A stretch of DNA of 64,000 nt from a virus: IMG/VR virus record IMGVR_UViG_3300013131_000021. The stretch is one strand, 5' to 3'. The translations under genes and the position numbers were made by a program. Under the pieces are notes generated by a model. The model had not been told where the DNA came from and did not search any database. It saw only the letters and a program-made list of their open reading frames with translations. Of this stretch, positions 51,601 to 59,318 are shown piece after piece. The first letter of the stretch is position 1; each line of letters begins with the position of its first letter.

Positions 51601-53845
51601 ATGATCCTAAATATCTTTTATCGTTAACATAAACGTTAACGATGCTTTCATCTGACAATTTTGACCAATCAATAGTCTTAAATTCGATTGTATTAGTATC
51701 GTTAACTAAAACTTTACTATCGATAATTGGCTGCAAGTAATCAGTATTCATTTCCAACCAACCATTATCATAAGTGTTGTTGGGATTGAATTTAAAAAAA
51801 CCTGTAGATATATTGATTGTTTTGATTATTTTGTTTTCTACATACTCGACAATGTCAGTATCAAAATTCCAATCAAATTGAATATCACCTACATTGTTAA
51901 TATTCAGATAACTTAGTTGAAAACCTAATTCCGGATCTACTTTACCTATGCCTTTAGAATAGCCTAATAATTTTGATCCTACAAAGGTACTAGTGGGATA
52001 TGTTGATGGATCCGCAAAGCTAACACCATTTCTATCAAATATATCAAATAGAGGCGGTTGATTTACTGAAGTTTTTTGTTGACTCAACGACCATTTATTG
52101 CCGTCGAAGTAAAACATTTTGCCCCCGTTCTTTTTTCCTCGTCGCACTAATACTCCATCTCCGACATTAGAAATTGTATCTAATGTTTCTCTCAAATGGA
52201 TCTGTTTTATTCCTTGATGAGTTATAAACTCAACTTCGTAAATTTTATTATTAGCCAGCAGATCTGTATCTGCTATGACTAGAATTCTAGCTCCTGCAAA
52301 TAAAAATTCGCCGTCGATATTATATCCTGTACTACCCTCGATTTTTGAAAAAACATCTGTTGTAAAATCATCTAGGTAATCAACAGTATCTTTACTACTA
52401 GCACCATGATTGAATAACTGCAAATTGGCATAAAATTCTACGATGGGTCGTTTAGCCCTAGTAGCTTCTGTTGAATCAAAATCTTGACCTCTCAGCTGAA
52501 ATGATTTTTCAAGGACAGCTCGGTGAAACCATCTATTATATCTACTCCAAGGATTCCTATCTAAACTATCTCTAGCTATAGTGATGTAGTCTTTGTAGGT
52601 AGGATACGTTGCGGCATCGTCAAACGGTTCAGTATCAAACCCTGCATTATCAAATAAAATCTCTGGCACATCCGAAGTAAGCACCGGCGATATTAAATCA
52701 TTGAATCGAGTTAAGGTGATAGCCCTGCCTACACCCTCAACTAACCAAGTATCCACAGAATACTTTGTTGGCGAAACGCTTCCTTTAAATTCAACTACCA
52801 TACCATTAGAAAATTCTATACCATTACTTGAGGTATAAGAACTTTTTCCAACGATTTCTTGATCAACATTGATAAACGTGTTAGCTTCGATATCAGCAAT
52901 TATAAATCTACCAAAACAATCAGGTGTAATTAAACTTTGATAATACAGAACATCAGGGGCATCATATGGAACAGTAAAAGTCAAGGTTCCATTTTCTATG
53001 CCATTATTTGTAACCCCTTTGCTGTATTCTAAAGCATCGCCAGAGGAAGCTGGCTCTAAATATTCCCAATCCTCGCTATCTATAGTAATAGAACTGCCGT
53101 CGCTTGGAGAAATATCTCGTTTAGCTCTCCATAATTTTGAATCGTATACTGCTAAACTCCCTGCAGGATATCCAAACGACGGAATGAATATTAACGAACC
53201 TGTATCAAAATTGGTTCTAATAGAAAATCCCTGTCCCGGTACATTAATTCTAAACTTATAAGTTTGTCCTCTATACAATGTTAATGTTGGATTGTTAGTA
53301 TACGAGTCGGGTGTAAAGATAAAGCTATTAGCTGTGCTTCCTAAAACTACTTTATATGTACTAGTAATATTAGCACTCTGTCCGAGTATAGGAATGCTAG
53401 GCGGGCCGCTTGGTACCCAATAGTATTCTCGATAATTTACAAATTTATCCCAATCGATAGGAGGATTCCATGTGTAATGTGTTTGTTCTGTTATCTTATC
53501 ATCGCGTTCATCGTCATTAGCAAAAAATTTTAATTGATTCTTAAAATCTATATAATCATAAAAATTTTCTATTTTATCATGTGTTTTATAAATTACGCCA
53601 GGTTCTAATTGATATCTACTTCTCAATGTATCGTCGGTATCAACATATATGTCAGAGCCATTAAATGTTTTACCGTATCTTCTTCCTATATAACCAACGA
53701 CTTTATCTAAAACCCCAGGTTGGACCAGGGGATCTAATACTCCTGATAAAAACTTATCGTTCGTATCAGTTTGAAAAACTGTAGGCAATAATTCTACAGT
53801 TCTTCTTATAGGAATTTTGCTATCTGGATAAAATTTATCTGCCAT
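39644..53845 (-). CDS. giant (4733 aa) baseplate wedge-associated structural protein (gp7 position)
   Basis: Uninterrupted 14.2-kb ORF right after the gp6-like gene. It contains FG-GAP-like propeller blades and several short aromatic carbohydrate-binding-like modules. The gp7 equivalence rests on synteny. Confidence 0.7.
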   Translation of the reverse strand: MADKFYPDSKIPIRRTVELLPTVFQTDTNDKFLSGVLDPLVQPGVLDKVVGYIGRRYGKTFNGSDIYVDTDDTLRSRYQLEPGVIYKTHDKIENFYDYIDFKNQLKFFANDDERDDKITEQTHYTWNPPIDWDKFVNYREYYWVPSGPPSIPILGQSANITSTYKVVLGSTANSFIFTPDSYTNNPTLTLYRGQTYKFRINVPGQGFSIRTNFDTGSLIFIPSFGYPAGSLAVYDSKLWRAKRDISPSDGSSITIDSEDWEYLEPASSGDALEYSKGVTNNGIENGTLTFTVPYDAPDVLYYQSLITPDCFGRFIIADIEANTFINVDQEIVGKSSYTSSNGIEFSNGMVVEFKGSVSPTKYSVDTWLVEGVGRAITLTRFNDLISPVLTSDVPEILFDNAGFDTEPFDDAATYPTYKDYITIARDSLDRNPWSRYNRWFHRAVLEKSFQLRGQDFDSTEATRAKRPIVEFYANLQLFNHGASSKDTVDYLDDFTTDVFSKIEGSTGYNIDGEFLFAGARILVIADTDLLANNKIYEVEFITHQGIKQIHLRETLDTISNVGDGVLVRRGKKNGGKMFYFDGNKWSLSQQKTSVNQPPLFDIFDRNGVSFADPSTYPTSTFVGSKLLGYSKGIGKVDPELGFQLSYLNINNVGDIQFDWNFDTDIVEYVENKIIKTINISTGFFKFNPNNTYDNGWLEMNTDYLQPIIDSKVLVNDTNTIEFKTIDWSKLSDESIVNVYVNDKRYLGSYEIKGNTFTFAENIAAKSTVSLKIIADLEPIEGFYEIPIGLEKNPFNDPLKSFTLGQAIDHVTSALEFSNSLIGSIPGNSNLRDLFNFQSFGKRFIKHSGLTSLSMMLLCDKTHNIIKSIQYSKKAYTEFKSNFLAKAIEIEYNDNIIDFVDDVINNLTKTKDSNSPFYDSDMIGAGAYSKIVYVVEDTGIQTYSLSEKFDLSTLSKKAVYVYQNNQQLINDRDYIFDSTFGFVRLKVNLNSNDVIEIREYISTSTNHIPPTPTSMGLYKKYTPQKFIDDTYIEPREVIIGHDGSITAAYGDFRDELLLELELRIYNNIKAEYNRSIFDIDQILSGYYGVGAYKKSQFDYIISQEFFKWIQNTNINYTLNTYFDSQNSFTYTYSNMTDPTKTVNLPGYWRGVYQWFYDTDRPHRCPWEMLGFSQQPSWWEEQYGPAPYTKNNLILWEDLQAGVIRQGDRAGRHSRYARPNILNHIPVDGDGKLLSPLDSGLAQDFSLINNQGAFVLGDTAPVEYAWRSSSEYPFAIIIAMCLMKPFDFIADSFDRSKIVLNQLGQLVNKDSYTFTSKNDITKYSLDDPSVGLLKYLVAYIKSKGINTSTITDKINNLDVALSYRMSGFVDQQQQKFLLDSKSPAATTASIFIPPENYDIIFNISSPIANITYSGVILEKTNGGWVITGYDDINPYFYYYQAQPNSKDPLISVGGISEVFTVWIENKNYSNGSLVRYNNNYFRSLKTHNSGEFFDPANWKKLNDLPKVGAIEAYRRRVFNTLSVKKLSYGTQFTSIQQVIDFLLGYENYLISIGFVFDRYDPQNKTSQNWLSSSKEFMFWTKHNWEIGSIISLSPAAEKINLTMAVGVPDNILDGFYNYGILKGDGKPLQPQFINVNRSNQNITVETTNTSDGIYYLKLYYVLKEHVTIFDDRTVFNDIIYDKTTGYRQGRIKVQGFRTTDWDGDYTSPGFIFDNVNIQTWQPYKDYKLGDIVTYKAYNWVSLQNQLGSEFFDDNVWSKLDSTPTKSLIPNFDYKINQFYDYFDVSSEGVSQSQRDLARHTVGYQSRNYLQNLAEDPITQFQLYQGFIKEKGTNNSITKIFGKLSRSGSDSIELNEEWAFLLGRLGGTDQLTEVEIQLERNKFEINPQVFLIEENESLIDIDQNYRLTISDFTIPTIPYSVDINTMSFETEPTFTAGYVSIGQYELVIQNIEDLINLDINTVNENDHIWITFYKDSWTVFRLNELSLLSLEGVNRLSTTSVEIKFNRRHNFAVNDYVGFRDIINLVGFFKIISISNVAITIEVSSTSLDPELDSSTTTRPHAFTECRFDSYSNISQGLAALYFNGSKIFVDDNGENLWEVVEKQKQYSAKFLSDYGTSTPLRTGEKVIYDNINKHVITGVPGSGLVLVYAESLTGLQLKQIVSPPTGFFNNVLGSFGSKMAISPDSKYLIVGAPLASGITSNYKGEWEPSKFYEPEDIVLYGGRLWKAKNANSALPDGSTELAINTDDWELAEIIPALTSGNAEGYYQQGIISIYEYANGSYTISQTFISPRPADNEFFGSEISISKSGNSYYLSVSATGSYNNTGRVYLYKYENSTWKHLENIRYKGIYDPLASYYSGDIVWQAAQDPEAEGVRGNLWTSLEDSTADGSTLSMDNSGWVKIGKISTHCSLPTNVALEDDGSTLEFAYTGLLSNDQIAELIKAGDKFGTSMAMNSDGSILVIGAPEADGQFFANYRGMWRPDVEYIEGEVVRYVSSVEGAPITEYQYYKLEGFSIAADSTYRSYNENPSDSSVWVEVGDSTTSPSGKIFVYIRDANDVYTLTQMINASSISSFSDIDSGLVISTGDQFGFSMDIDASGNNLVVSSPKSDISFQDQGSVYVLSLDDNLTEFRVKQKLESFEQYPNEYFGYGVSISPDGTKIAVGARNTSSNLSVYFDLLLGTTFDKSATTFSYPQGYTGGVYVFDKKDQVFFLTEKLQEVLAPDESFGFSVDCVGSYIAVGSPFYRLPVAHASGVIAYEGEYVGNVRLFKKDPTVSSWNTLTTRESVVDIRKIQSIELYDNVNNVKIQDVDYVDSAKGKILNVAEQEIKFKTPYDPAIYNFGTEDVVVDTSIPWYEKNVGKLWWNIGNAKWLYAEQKDYAYRTGNWNQLAFGSSIDVCEWVETSLLPSEWAALADTNEGLALGISGQPLYPNNNIYSQKQFFSKTTGLVNETKYYYWVANKALIPSNMPGRTKSAAEVAGIINNPAGSGIAFIAMIDSDKFLTYNFQSVISSDTALLNIKYRKNLKQLNSIHNEYQLLTEGIPDSLPADKLERKWIDSLVGFDVMGNRVPDTNLSEKQKYGINFRPRQGMFVDRIAAVKLFTERANNVLLKEPFVDTIDFTNLNSKDEIPAEVLNLYDTVVETDTDLFTVGTVRTKRAVLRANLLNGELDTIDIVDSGFGYKPKELFNQEIPGVYLGPPISIQGDGINASAECHIDGQGRIITVVVTNRGKKYSTINATVRYFSVLVRSDSKIDNFWSIYSWDDIRKVFFRSQSQAFDTTRYWNYSDWWLTGYGQNTRITIELNTVFDEDTMQTVEDDLIRIKEYGSGGWAVFRKIANSGADFFSRWTLVGRQNGTIQLSTALYDTTIYGIGFDNDKSFDDTDYDVDNSKEFRNIIKALKEDIFVGDYSVEWNNSFFSSIRYVLAEQQYVDWVFKTSFLNATHNIGSFETKTNYKNDNLESYQEYINEVKPFRTTIREYISRYDNIEEYQSSETDFDLPPAYSKTDGTIISIDENRPEINQYPWKYWADNKGFSIIAIEIYDSGSEYRTPPKVLIDGNGTGATAKAYVSNGRVSGIEVLTPGEKYTKAPTITLVGGNPSTARQAKAVAIIGESKIRSFNLGIKFDRVNKNSDYQTPSKNQIIFANGRSAVFELNYAPTRDKTKITIFKNNKVVLSNEYNISFYYSSLDTYSRLRGKLSFNVAPADGDIISVSYEINDLLLSAVDRINKYYSPTAGMIGNELNQLMTGIDFGGVQIQGTTFDVTGGWDALPWFTDNWDSVEASSDYYHVCDGSTTQVELPFTPAQGQEINIYLKRTGTNTSVRIDDPSYTTSWDSSVAVNPNAEMPTFIGDGINRSVIIGIYIQTESGDILIFRPIESDGSVTITDENLLDTKLSGGSLSVIDSIYQTATGSTPEEIMISGGKFIEPDHVPAPEENIPGQVLDSVSIKIYQSRISGAAPLQSKISFGDGTTLFFPIGQKILENNAVFVYVDKIKKNFGVDYALNLIEYNVEFFTPPPSGTLIEIISIGLGGLGILDYQEFIADGTTNLFLTNANYQESSSVFVTVNGDQVDAAFKDSTGIVDTTDRTLIELAFYPDENDIIKIVVLQSSSDVDSNQIPIIKVNTQTIWFEGSTRNFDLEYFVELERGSARNSMIVELDGRVLKGSDTSYAVYDGTNNVFTLGIDPLESAGSILPSNIRVFINNILRTIFTDYVFDGATKVLTIYSSVLSIGDIIKVQNDLRSEYRIVGGNLIIDPSVPMTVLDETDNVRIDVTWFSEYPSFDIISDQKSGGKVHYQLSRPPISSSYVWVYKNGMRLTQEKEYYVSVPRNVVYLNVESTPADDIKTITFTNDIYELPSAYEIHKDMLNTYRYTRFSKGDVSLTSDLMYYDNIINVNDSSSLGVPYPSRNLPGIIWIDGERIEYMSKIGNVLSQLRRGTHGTAIKEIHAANSQVVDVGYEEIIPYNESQGKVDLIYQGSLSFVYDGSTGFEIETDIQIGLGIKENLIVKIDGIEILPEYYTITKFAVGGLVNIIGPAATRLATNSIVSVESLLVGPLDFIPIAADKARWYSSRTYVDKGTWSALVSYTLRNVVLYGNYYYTNLAVCKGSSYAPIIDGEINSNFWERITIPTDYGPCDQIEVFAGGRRLKKDAQAIWFENGGPYSPDADIVQEAEFSVDGTTGFIRLTKSLAAGSRVTIITRTGKTWYERGATTATSGKSLLDNDNSIARFIAEKHTSLPE

Positions 53846-53848
53846 ATT

Positions 53849-56800
53849 TTATGTCACCGTAATTACATTTTCAACATTCGAGCCGATTTCAGCCGCAGTT
53901 ATAGCTGATACAATTTCTATGTCATCAACTGTTGCTCCACTTATTAAGATTTCATCAGCTTTACTTTGAATTTCAAATAGACTACCAAAAACTTGATTTG
54001 CCTGTTTAGGTACAATTACAATATTACTAAGATCAGGCGATGTCGAATTCAAAATATAAGTTGTTAGCTCACCGATATAAAATCTATCGCCGAAATCCCA
54101 ATTATTAATATCAAAGAAATTGTTTATAGCCTGTATAACTCTAACTTTTAAATCGTTGTCGTTTACTGTTTGATTGGGATTTTTAACAACCTTAAAGGTA
54201 GCCTGTAATTTAGAATCTGCTTTTGCACCAAATAATATTTTAAATTTTACAGGATGAAAAACAATTTCATCACTTATTGATTTTATAGATAAAAGATTGC
54301 TTCCAAACGTTGTTCTTAACGAATCAGTAGAAGGAGGTTCTGGTTCTATCGAAGAACCCCCTGCAAGATAAATTCTAAAAGATTCATCATAAGATCTTGT
54401 TAATAAAAACAAATCAATAATATTACTAGAACTAGGATCTATTCTCCTATCAACACTGGCATTATGAATATATTGAAATTTAAGGTCCCTTCTTCCGTAT
54501 ACTGCCTTATATGTTCTATCCAAATCAAACGTATTAGTAGTTCTATTGATTTTCTTAACAACGTCTTCATCTACATCATAAAAATATATCAATTGTCCAT
54601 CGGGATACTTTACTGTATCATTAAAATCGACATCGGATTCTCTTTCTTCTACCAATATAAATTGGTTTGAATTGTCTAATAAAGCATAGATTGTCGTGCC
54701 AAAATCGTCGGTAGTTTCTTTAAAAAATAAAAAGTTTAATTGTTGATCATTTCCTACTACATTTTCAAATGCCTCTGGATTATCTATTACTCCGTCATCA
54801 TCAGAATCGTAAAAAGACAATTTGATTTCGTTAGTACTTTCGTAGCCATCCTCAAATTTTATAGTATCTGAAATTTCAAAAGAAATATTCTGTCGTAGTT
54901 GTGATACAAAAGTACTATCCGTATTGATACTTAGAATCTTGATCTGATCCTTAACAACATTGCCTAATTTATCGTTGTATTTTTTTTCTGCAGGATCAAA
55001 ATAAAATCTATTTTGTTCTATACTACCAAATACATAATTTAATTTTCTAATTCTAACAATATACCTATCTAAATTTTTAACAAAAGCTATCACCCACGAC
55101 GAGTCAACGCTGGTATTAGAAGTATCGCCGGCCTTACCTAGTGTAAAATTGCCAATTAAATCTATATTGGCTGCTGTAATAATATTCCATTCAGAATTTA
55201 CCGTGTTATAACGTAAGCCAAAATTTAAATTTTGACTGGCTTGATTCACTATTTCATTTTCTAATGCGAGACTTAAATCTGATCTAAATCTTGGCACAAT
55301 TCTAGATGCTATCGCTCCGCTGGGCACAAGATCGCTGAAGGTTATCGGCCCTTGACCGTTTGGCAAAACTCCTCTATTAGCATTAGTGCCATCACCTACT
55401 ACCTTGATTACTTTAGTCCATAAAACTGTAGATTGATCGATGTCTGAAGTGTCAAGATCTACTAGCACACCTTTCTTAAAGGCTTTGTCAGTAGGAGGAA
55501 TAAATTTAACAGAGGCGCCGGGGTACAGATATTTTAAATTATTAGTTGAATAACTACCAACCTGCAATAATGCATTATCAACAATATTTTTGAAATATCC
55601 AGTTGAAGTATTAGAAGTTATAGATTGCCAAATTGTATTTGTATCTGTGAATAAAATTTTATCAAATTTTGTAAAATAAAAATTATATACATCTGTGTCA
55701 TTAAAGATAGGTTCTACAGATCTGCGAATAAAATTAATAATATCTATTCTATTATCAAATTTAAATGTTAACGAATCTTCATATTCTTCTTTATAGATAT
55801 ATCCGTCATCACAAAAAACATTAACACTGCTATACTTTCCTGATGCATCAATAATATCAAAATTTCTACTTATTCCGCTAGATGTTCTATTGATTGATTT
55901 AATTTTAACAATATTTTGAGAACTCAATAGTGGTGCTAGATTATAATCTTCTGCTGTGATCATTCTATTTTGTGTATAGTATGTTGCAGGAGCATTTGTT
56001 CTTATGGTATCTATATCTTCAGAAGCTGCAGAATTGGCCACGGTTGATTGCAGAGCAAGACCTATTGTAAGTGTATGTGAAACTCCTTGTTTGTTTACAT
56101 AACTTACACCTATATTAATACCTCGCATTTCTGTAGGATAGATTGTGTACGACAATCCATTACTAGTTCTATAATATAATCTAAATGAGCCTTGGGGGAG
56201 ATTTCCATATACTCCGTCAGCAAAAACTAAATCAATACTGTCATTTTCTTTAGAGTTAATGGCATAGATATTTCTAATATTTTGAGTTATACTATTATAG
56301 GCAATGTTGTTCCCTGTTAGGGAACTTACTTTAGTCCATTCTTCTAATTGAACTCCTGCAGAATTCAAACTAAACAACCAAACATCATTGTTATTAATAT
56401 TAGCTGCATCTACAGCGATTCGTTCGTTAGTTTTTGGTACTTCTACGTTAAAATCTGCTAATTCTAAAATGCCTTGTTTAAACATCAAGAAAAACCCTGT
56501 GTTAGCACTTCCCGGTCCTGTTCCATCATTTCTATAAATGAAACCTAATTGATTACCGGGCACTGGCGGTTCTTCGTATATGGTTTCGCTGTTTTTGAAT
56601 GCCGTGGAAATTATTTCAAAACTCATACCTCTAGCTGCAACTGTTTTAGTAAAGTTAAACAAAGGAATGTCAGTGCTGGCAGTTCTAAATCTATACTGTT
56701 CGGTAGGAATTCCTTGCACCACTGCAGATCCCTGACTTCTTCCGAACTCAGTATTATCTGCCATAGCGGAATTTAATACTATTAAAAATTGTTCTAACCA

Positions 56801-57253
56801 ATTTGTATTTGTTGGATCGTTCCAGCTTATAATCTGTTGCGCTAAATTTTTTCCATTGCTGTCAACAATATCCTCAGTGGTTGTAACATTAACAAACTTA
56901 AGCAATCCACTGCTTGCAATATTTCTTTTAGCATTATAGGACAACATCCTTGCTATTCTTAATACACTGTCTTTTGTCTCGGCTAATTCTATAAAATTTT
57001 CTCTACTAGCTAGATCTATTCTAAATGCTAGACTCTGTCCGAGAAATGCGATCGCATCTATTAAAGCAAGGTATTCAGAACTTTCAATGTAATCATTAAA
57101 ATCTTCTGGATAATTTTCTCTAAGATACGTGATAATCACTCTGCGTAGATTTTCAAAGTCGTAGCTTTTGAAATCCGCATTTTTAAAGGTCTGGTATATT
57201 CTGGTCCAGTCCTGATTTAAAATTAAATTATTTTGTCTGCTAGTAGTAGTCAT
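53849..57253 (-). CDS. gp6: baseplate wedge subunit, T4 gp6-like
   Basis: DFKSYDFENLR...PEDFNDYIESSE..ALID..AF, SVLRIARMLSY, IRTNAP..Y.TQNRMITAEDY baseplate-J/gp6 motifs. Confidence 0.85.
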   Translation of the reverse strand: MTTTSRQNNLILNQDWTRIYQTFKNADFKSYDFENLRRVIITYLRENYPEDFNDYIESSEYLALIDAIAFLGQSLAFRIDLASRENFIELAETKDSVLRIARMLSYNAKRNIASSGLLKFVNVTTTEDIVDSNGKNLAQQIISWNDPTNTNWLEQFLIVLNSAMADNTEFGRSQGSAVVQGIPTEQYRFRTASTDIPLFNFTKTVAARGMSFEIISTAFKNSETIYEEPPVPGNQLGFIYRNDGTGPGSANTGFFLMFKQGILELADFNVEVPKTNERIAVDAANINNNDVWLFSLNSAGVQLEEWTKVSSLTGNNIAYNSITQNIRNIYAINSKENDSIDLVFADGVYGNLPQGSFRLYYRTSNGLSYTIYPTEMRGINIGVSYVNKQGVSHTLTIGLALQSTVANSAASEDIDTIRTNAPATYYTQNRMITAEDYNLAPLLSSQNIVKIKSINRTSSGISRNFDIIDASGKYSSVNVFCDDGYIYKEEYEDSLTFKFDNRIDIINFIRRSVEPIFNDTDVYNFYFTKFDKILFTDTNTIWQSITSNTSTGYFKNIVDNALLQVGSYSTNNLKYLYPGASVKFIPPTDKAFKKGVLVDLDTSDIDQSTVLWTKVIKVVGDGTNANRGVLPNGQGPITFSDLVPSGAIASRIVPRFRSDLSLALENEIVNQASQNLNFGLRYNTVNSEWNIITAANIDLIGNFTLGKAGDTSNTSVDSSWVIAFVKNLDRYIVRIRKLNYVFGSIEQNRFYFDPAEKKYNDKLGNVVKDQIKILSINTDSTFVSQLRQNISFEISDTIKFEDGYESTNEIKLSFYDSDDDGVIDNPEAFENVVGNDQQLNFLFFKETTDDFGTTIYALLDNSNQFILVEERESDVDFNDTVKYPDGQLIYFYDVDEDVVKKINRTTNTFDLDRTYKAVYGRRDLKFQYIHNASVDRRIDPSSSNIIDLFLLTRSYDESFRIYLAGGSSIEPEPPSTDSLRTTFGSNLLSIKSISDEIVFHPVKFKILFGAKADSKLQATFKVVKNPNQTVNDNDLKVRVIQAINNFFDINNWDFGDRFYIGELTTYILNSTSPDLSNIVIVPKQANQVFGSLFEIQSKADEILISGATVDDIEIVSAITAAEIGSNVENVITVT

Positions 57254-57259
57254 ATACCA

Positions 57260-57265
57260 TATTTA
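57260..57265 (-). promoter_or_regulatory. late promoter TAAATA
   Basis: Intergenic, 6 nt before ATG 57253. Confidence 0.5.
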
Positions 57266-57283
57266 CCTTAGAAAATTATCTGA

Positions 57284-57721
57284 TCAGATAATGATAGAAT
57301 TGTTCCTGTCAAAATTTAAAGTCATTCTTTCATTTATATTAAAAGGAATATAAGTGATATCTGCCTGTATTCTAATTCCCTGATCTGTGCTGTCGATTTG
57401 CACTTCATTGACCGCAATTCTAGGATCATAATTAATAATAGCCTCAACATCTTTTGCTATGATGTTTTGCACGTCATCGGTGAACGGCTCAAATAATACG
57501 TCCCATATAACTGTTCCGAATTCAGGATTTTCTAATTTCTCACCTTTGCGAATATAAAAATGATTGATAATATCCTGCTTAACAATATCAATATCATAAA
57601 GTTTATAATTTTTAGATGAGGCATTTGAACTGAACCCTTTGTATGTGAATACGCCTTGATCTTCAGTAACGACTGCACTGGTTGCCGTTACTACACGTTG
57701 ATTATATAATCTAGTTGTCAT
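57284..57721 (-). CDS. gp25: baseplate wedge subunit, T4 gp25-like
   Basis: VKQDIINHFYIRKGEKLENPEFGT.IWD.LFEP...YDPRI, the GPW/gp25 signature. Confidence 0.88.
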   Translation of the reverse strand: MTTRLYNQRVVTATSAVVTEDQGVFTYKGFSSNASSKNYKLYDIDIVKQDIINHFYIRKGEKLENPEFGTVIWDVLFEPFTDDVQNIIAKDVEAIINYDPRIAVNEVQIDSTDQGIRIQADITYIPFNINERMTLNFDRNNSIII

Positions 57722-59310
57722 TATTCTAATTCCCTATCTGTATTTTCTGGTGCTAATTGGTCTGGAGCTTGATTTTCGTGTAGAGCCCATGGTTCATGCA
57801 TCGGAATCCGCTTCATTATGCTTTCTACTGGTTCGGCCTGATATCTTTTTTCCCAACCTTCGGTAAATTTTGTTGTTACGTTTTTATGTACTGTCAGTGG
57901 TTCTAATGGCTTAGCTGCTGTTGCTGGCGCGGCTGTTGGACCATTCATATCAATCCTTGTAGCTGTTTCTTTATAACGCCCGCCGACCTTCAAATTAGCA
58001 TTTCCGCCCGCTTGTAAATTTTGATTACCTTCTGTTTTAATATCCAGATTTCCAGTTGTAGTAATCTTAGTGTTAGCAGTAATTACATGTTCGTAATTAT
58101 TTCCTACTGTAATTTTACCATCGTTTCCTACTAATACTTCCCAATCTGTTCCGGCCTCTTGCCGTATTCTACCTTCAATAGATTTCATGTTTATATTTCT
58201 ACCGGCTTCAAGATTTATATCTCTATCAGCTTTAATATTGATGTCATTCTCGGTATGAATACTGATGCTATCTTCAGCATAGATGTCGATTTTTCCATTA
58301 CTAGTTAATTCTATCCAGGTAGTACCTCTGGCATTTCCTATGTAGATAATATCTTCACTGTTGTGTAAAAGAATCTGATGTCCGGTTCTTGTTCTTATTC
58401 TAAAATGTTCCCCGTATGGTATAGTAGGTTGACTTTTTGACGGACTCGGTTCTTCTAAAAGATCTATATACTTTACTGGTCCTTCCGCTGCGGATTTTTC
58501 TCTGTGATATCTGTCATCTCCGTCATCCATAACCAATTGAGTTCCGCCTAATCTACTTACAGGAATAGGATCTGATTTATCATCATTTTTTCCTACGATT
58601 GCTTTTTTAGCATTTAGACGTCTGTCAATAGGTCCGGGTGTTGAAATACCAAAAACCATCCCTGGGGCTTCTCTACGGGGTGTTGATGTAGAAACTCCCC
58701 TAACATCATCTTCTAAAAGTCCTTGTTCAAGAAATCGATCTGCAATCGGATGAACGACCCTAGAAATGTTTTCTGGATCAATTTCTTGAACTTCTCCATT
58801 GATCCTCTTATTAATTTCTGCTACCGGTAGGGGCTGAGAAGTGTTTCCATATCTAGTTTTATCATCTGCATCTAAGGCATTTTTTGTTGTGCCTGCTATC
58901 GCAGGTACCATATGGTTAATCAATCTTCCTGGAACACAAGCGAACCAATAACCTTGACTAGGATCTCCGTCAACAAACAGTACAAGAACATTTACTCCGA
59001 TATCAGGAGGTACAAACCACATACCATAACTTTTTTGTGTATCGTTATAGCCGTCTAAGGTAGATGCGGTTCCATCATTCTTACCCATGAATTCAAATGG
59101 AGTGTATCCGAAAAATGGAGATGCGTATTTTACATTGTAAATCTGAGAATCTTCTCCGGGATCGTTGTTTTGATCTTTTAATAGACTAACTTCTAGGGAT
59201 CCCATAAAGGTGGGATCTAAATGACTTATTACTCTTGCAATATAAATGCCTGTGGTAAGTCCACCTGTTCTTCCTTCGTTTTCAGCTGACGGTCTTGTTA
59301 ACTGCGCCAT
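57721..59310 (-). CDS. baseplate central spike, gp5/VgrG-like
   Basis: N-terminal OB-fold (IYIARV..DP...PPDIG..VLV.FVDGD), GHQI.LH.S, C-terminal beta-helix repeats ending RIDMNG. No lysozyme domain recognised. Confidence 0.75.
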   Translation of the reverse strand: MAQLTRPSAENEGRTGGLTTGIYIARVISHLDPTFMGSLEVSLLKDQNNDPGEDSQIYNVKYASPFFGYTPFEFMGKNDGTASTLDGYNDTQKSYGMWFVPPDIGVNVLVLFVDGDPSQGYWFACVPGRLINHMVPAIAGTTKNALDADDKTRYGNTSQPLPVAEINKRINGEVQEIDPENISRVVHPIADRFLEQGLLEDDVRGVSTSTPRREAPGMVFGISTPGPIDRRLNAKKAIVGKNDDKSDPIPVSRLGGTQLVMDDGDDRYHREKSAAEGPVKYIDLLEEPSPSKSQPTIPYGEHFRIRTRTGHQILLHNSEDIIYIGNARGTTWIELTSNGKIDIYAEDSISIHTENDINIKADRDINLEAGRNINMKSIEGRIRQEAGTDWEVLVGNDGKITVGNNYEHVITANTKITTTGNLDIKTEGNQNLQAGGNANLKVGGRYKETATRIDMNGPTAAPATAAKPLEPLTVHKNVTTKFTEGWEKRYQAEPVESIMKRIPMHEPWALHENQAPDQLAPENTDRELE

Positions 59311-59318
59311 ATTCTTCC

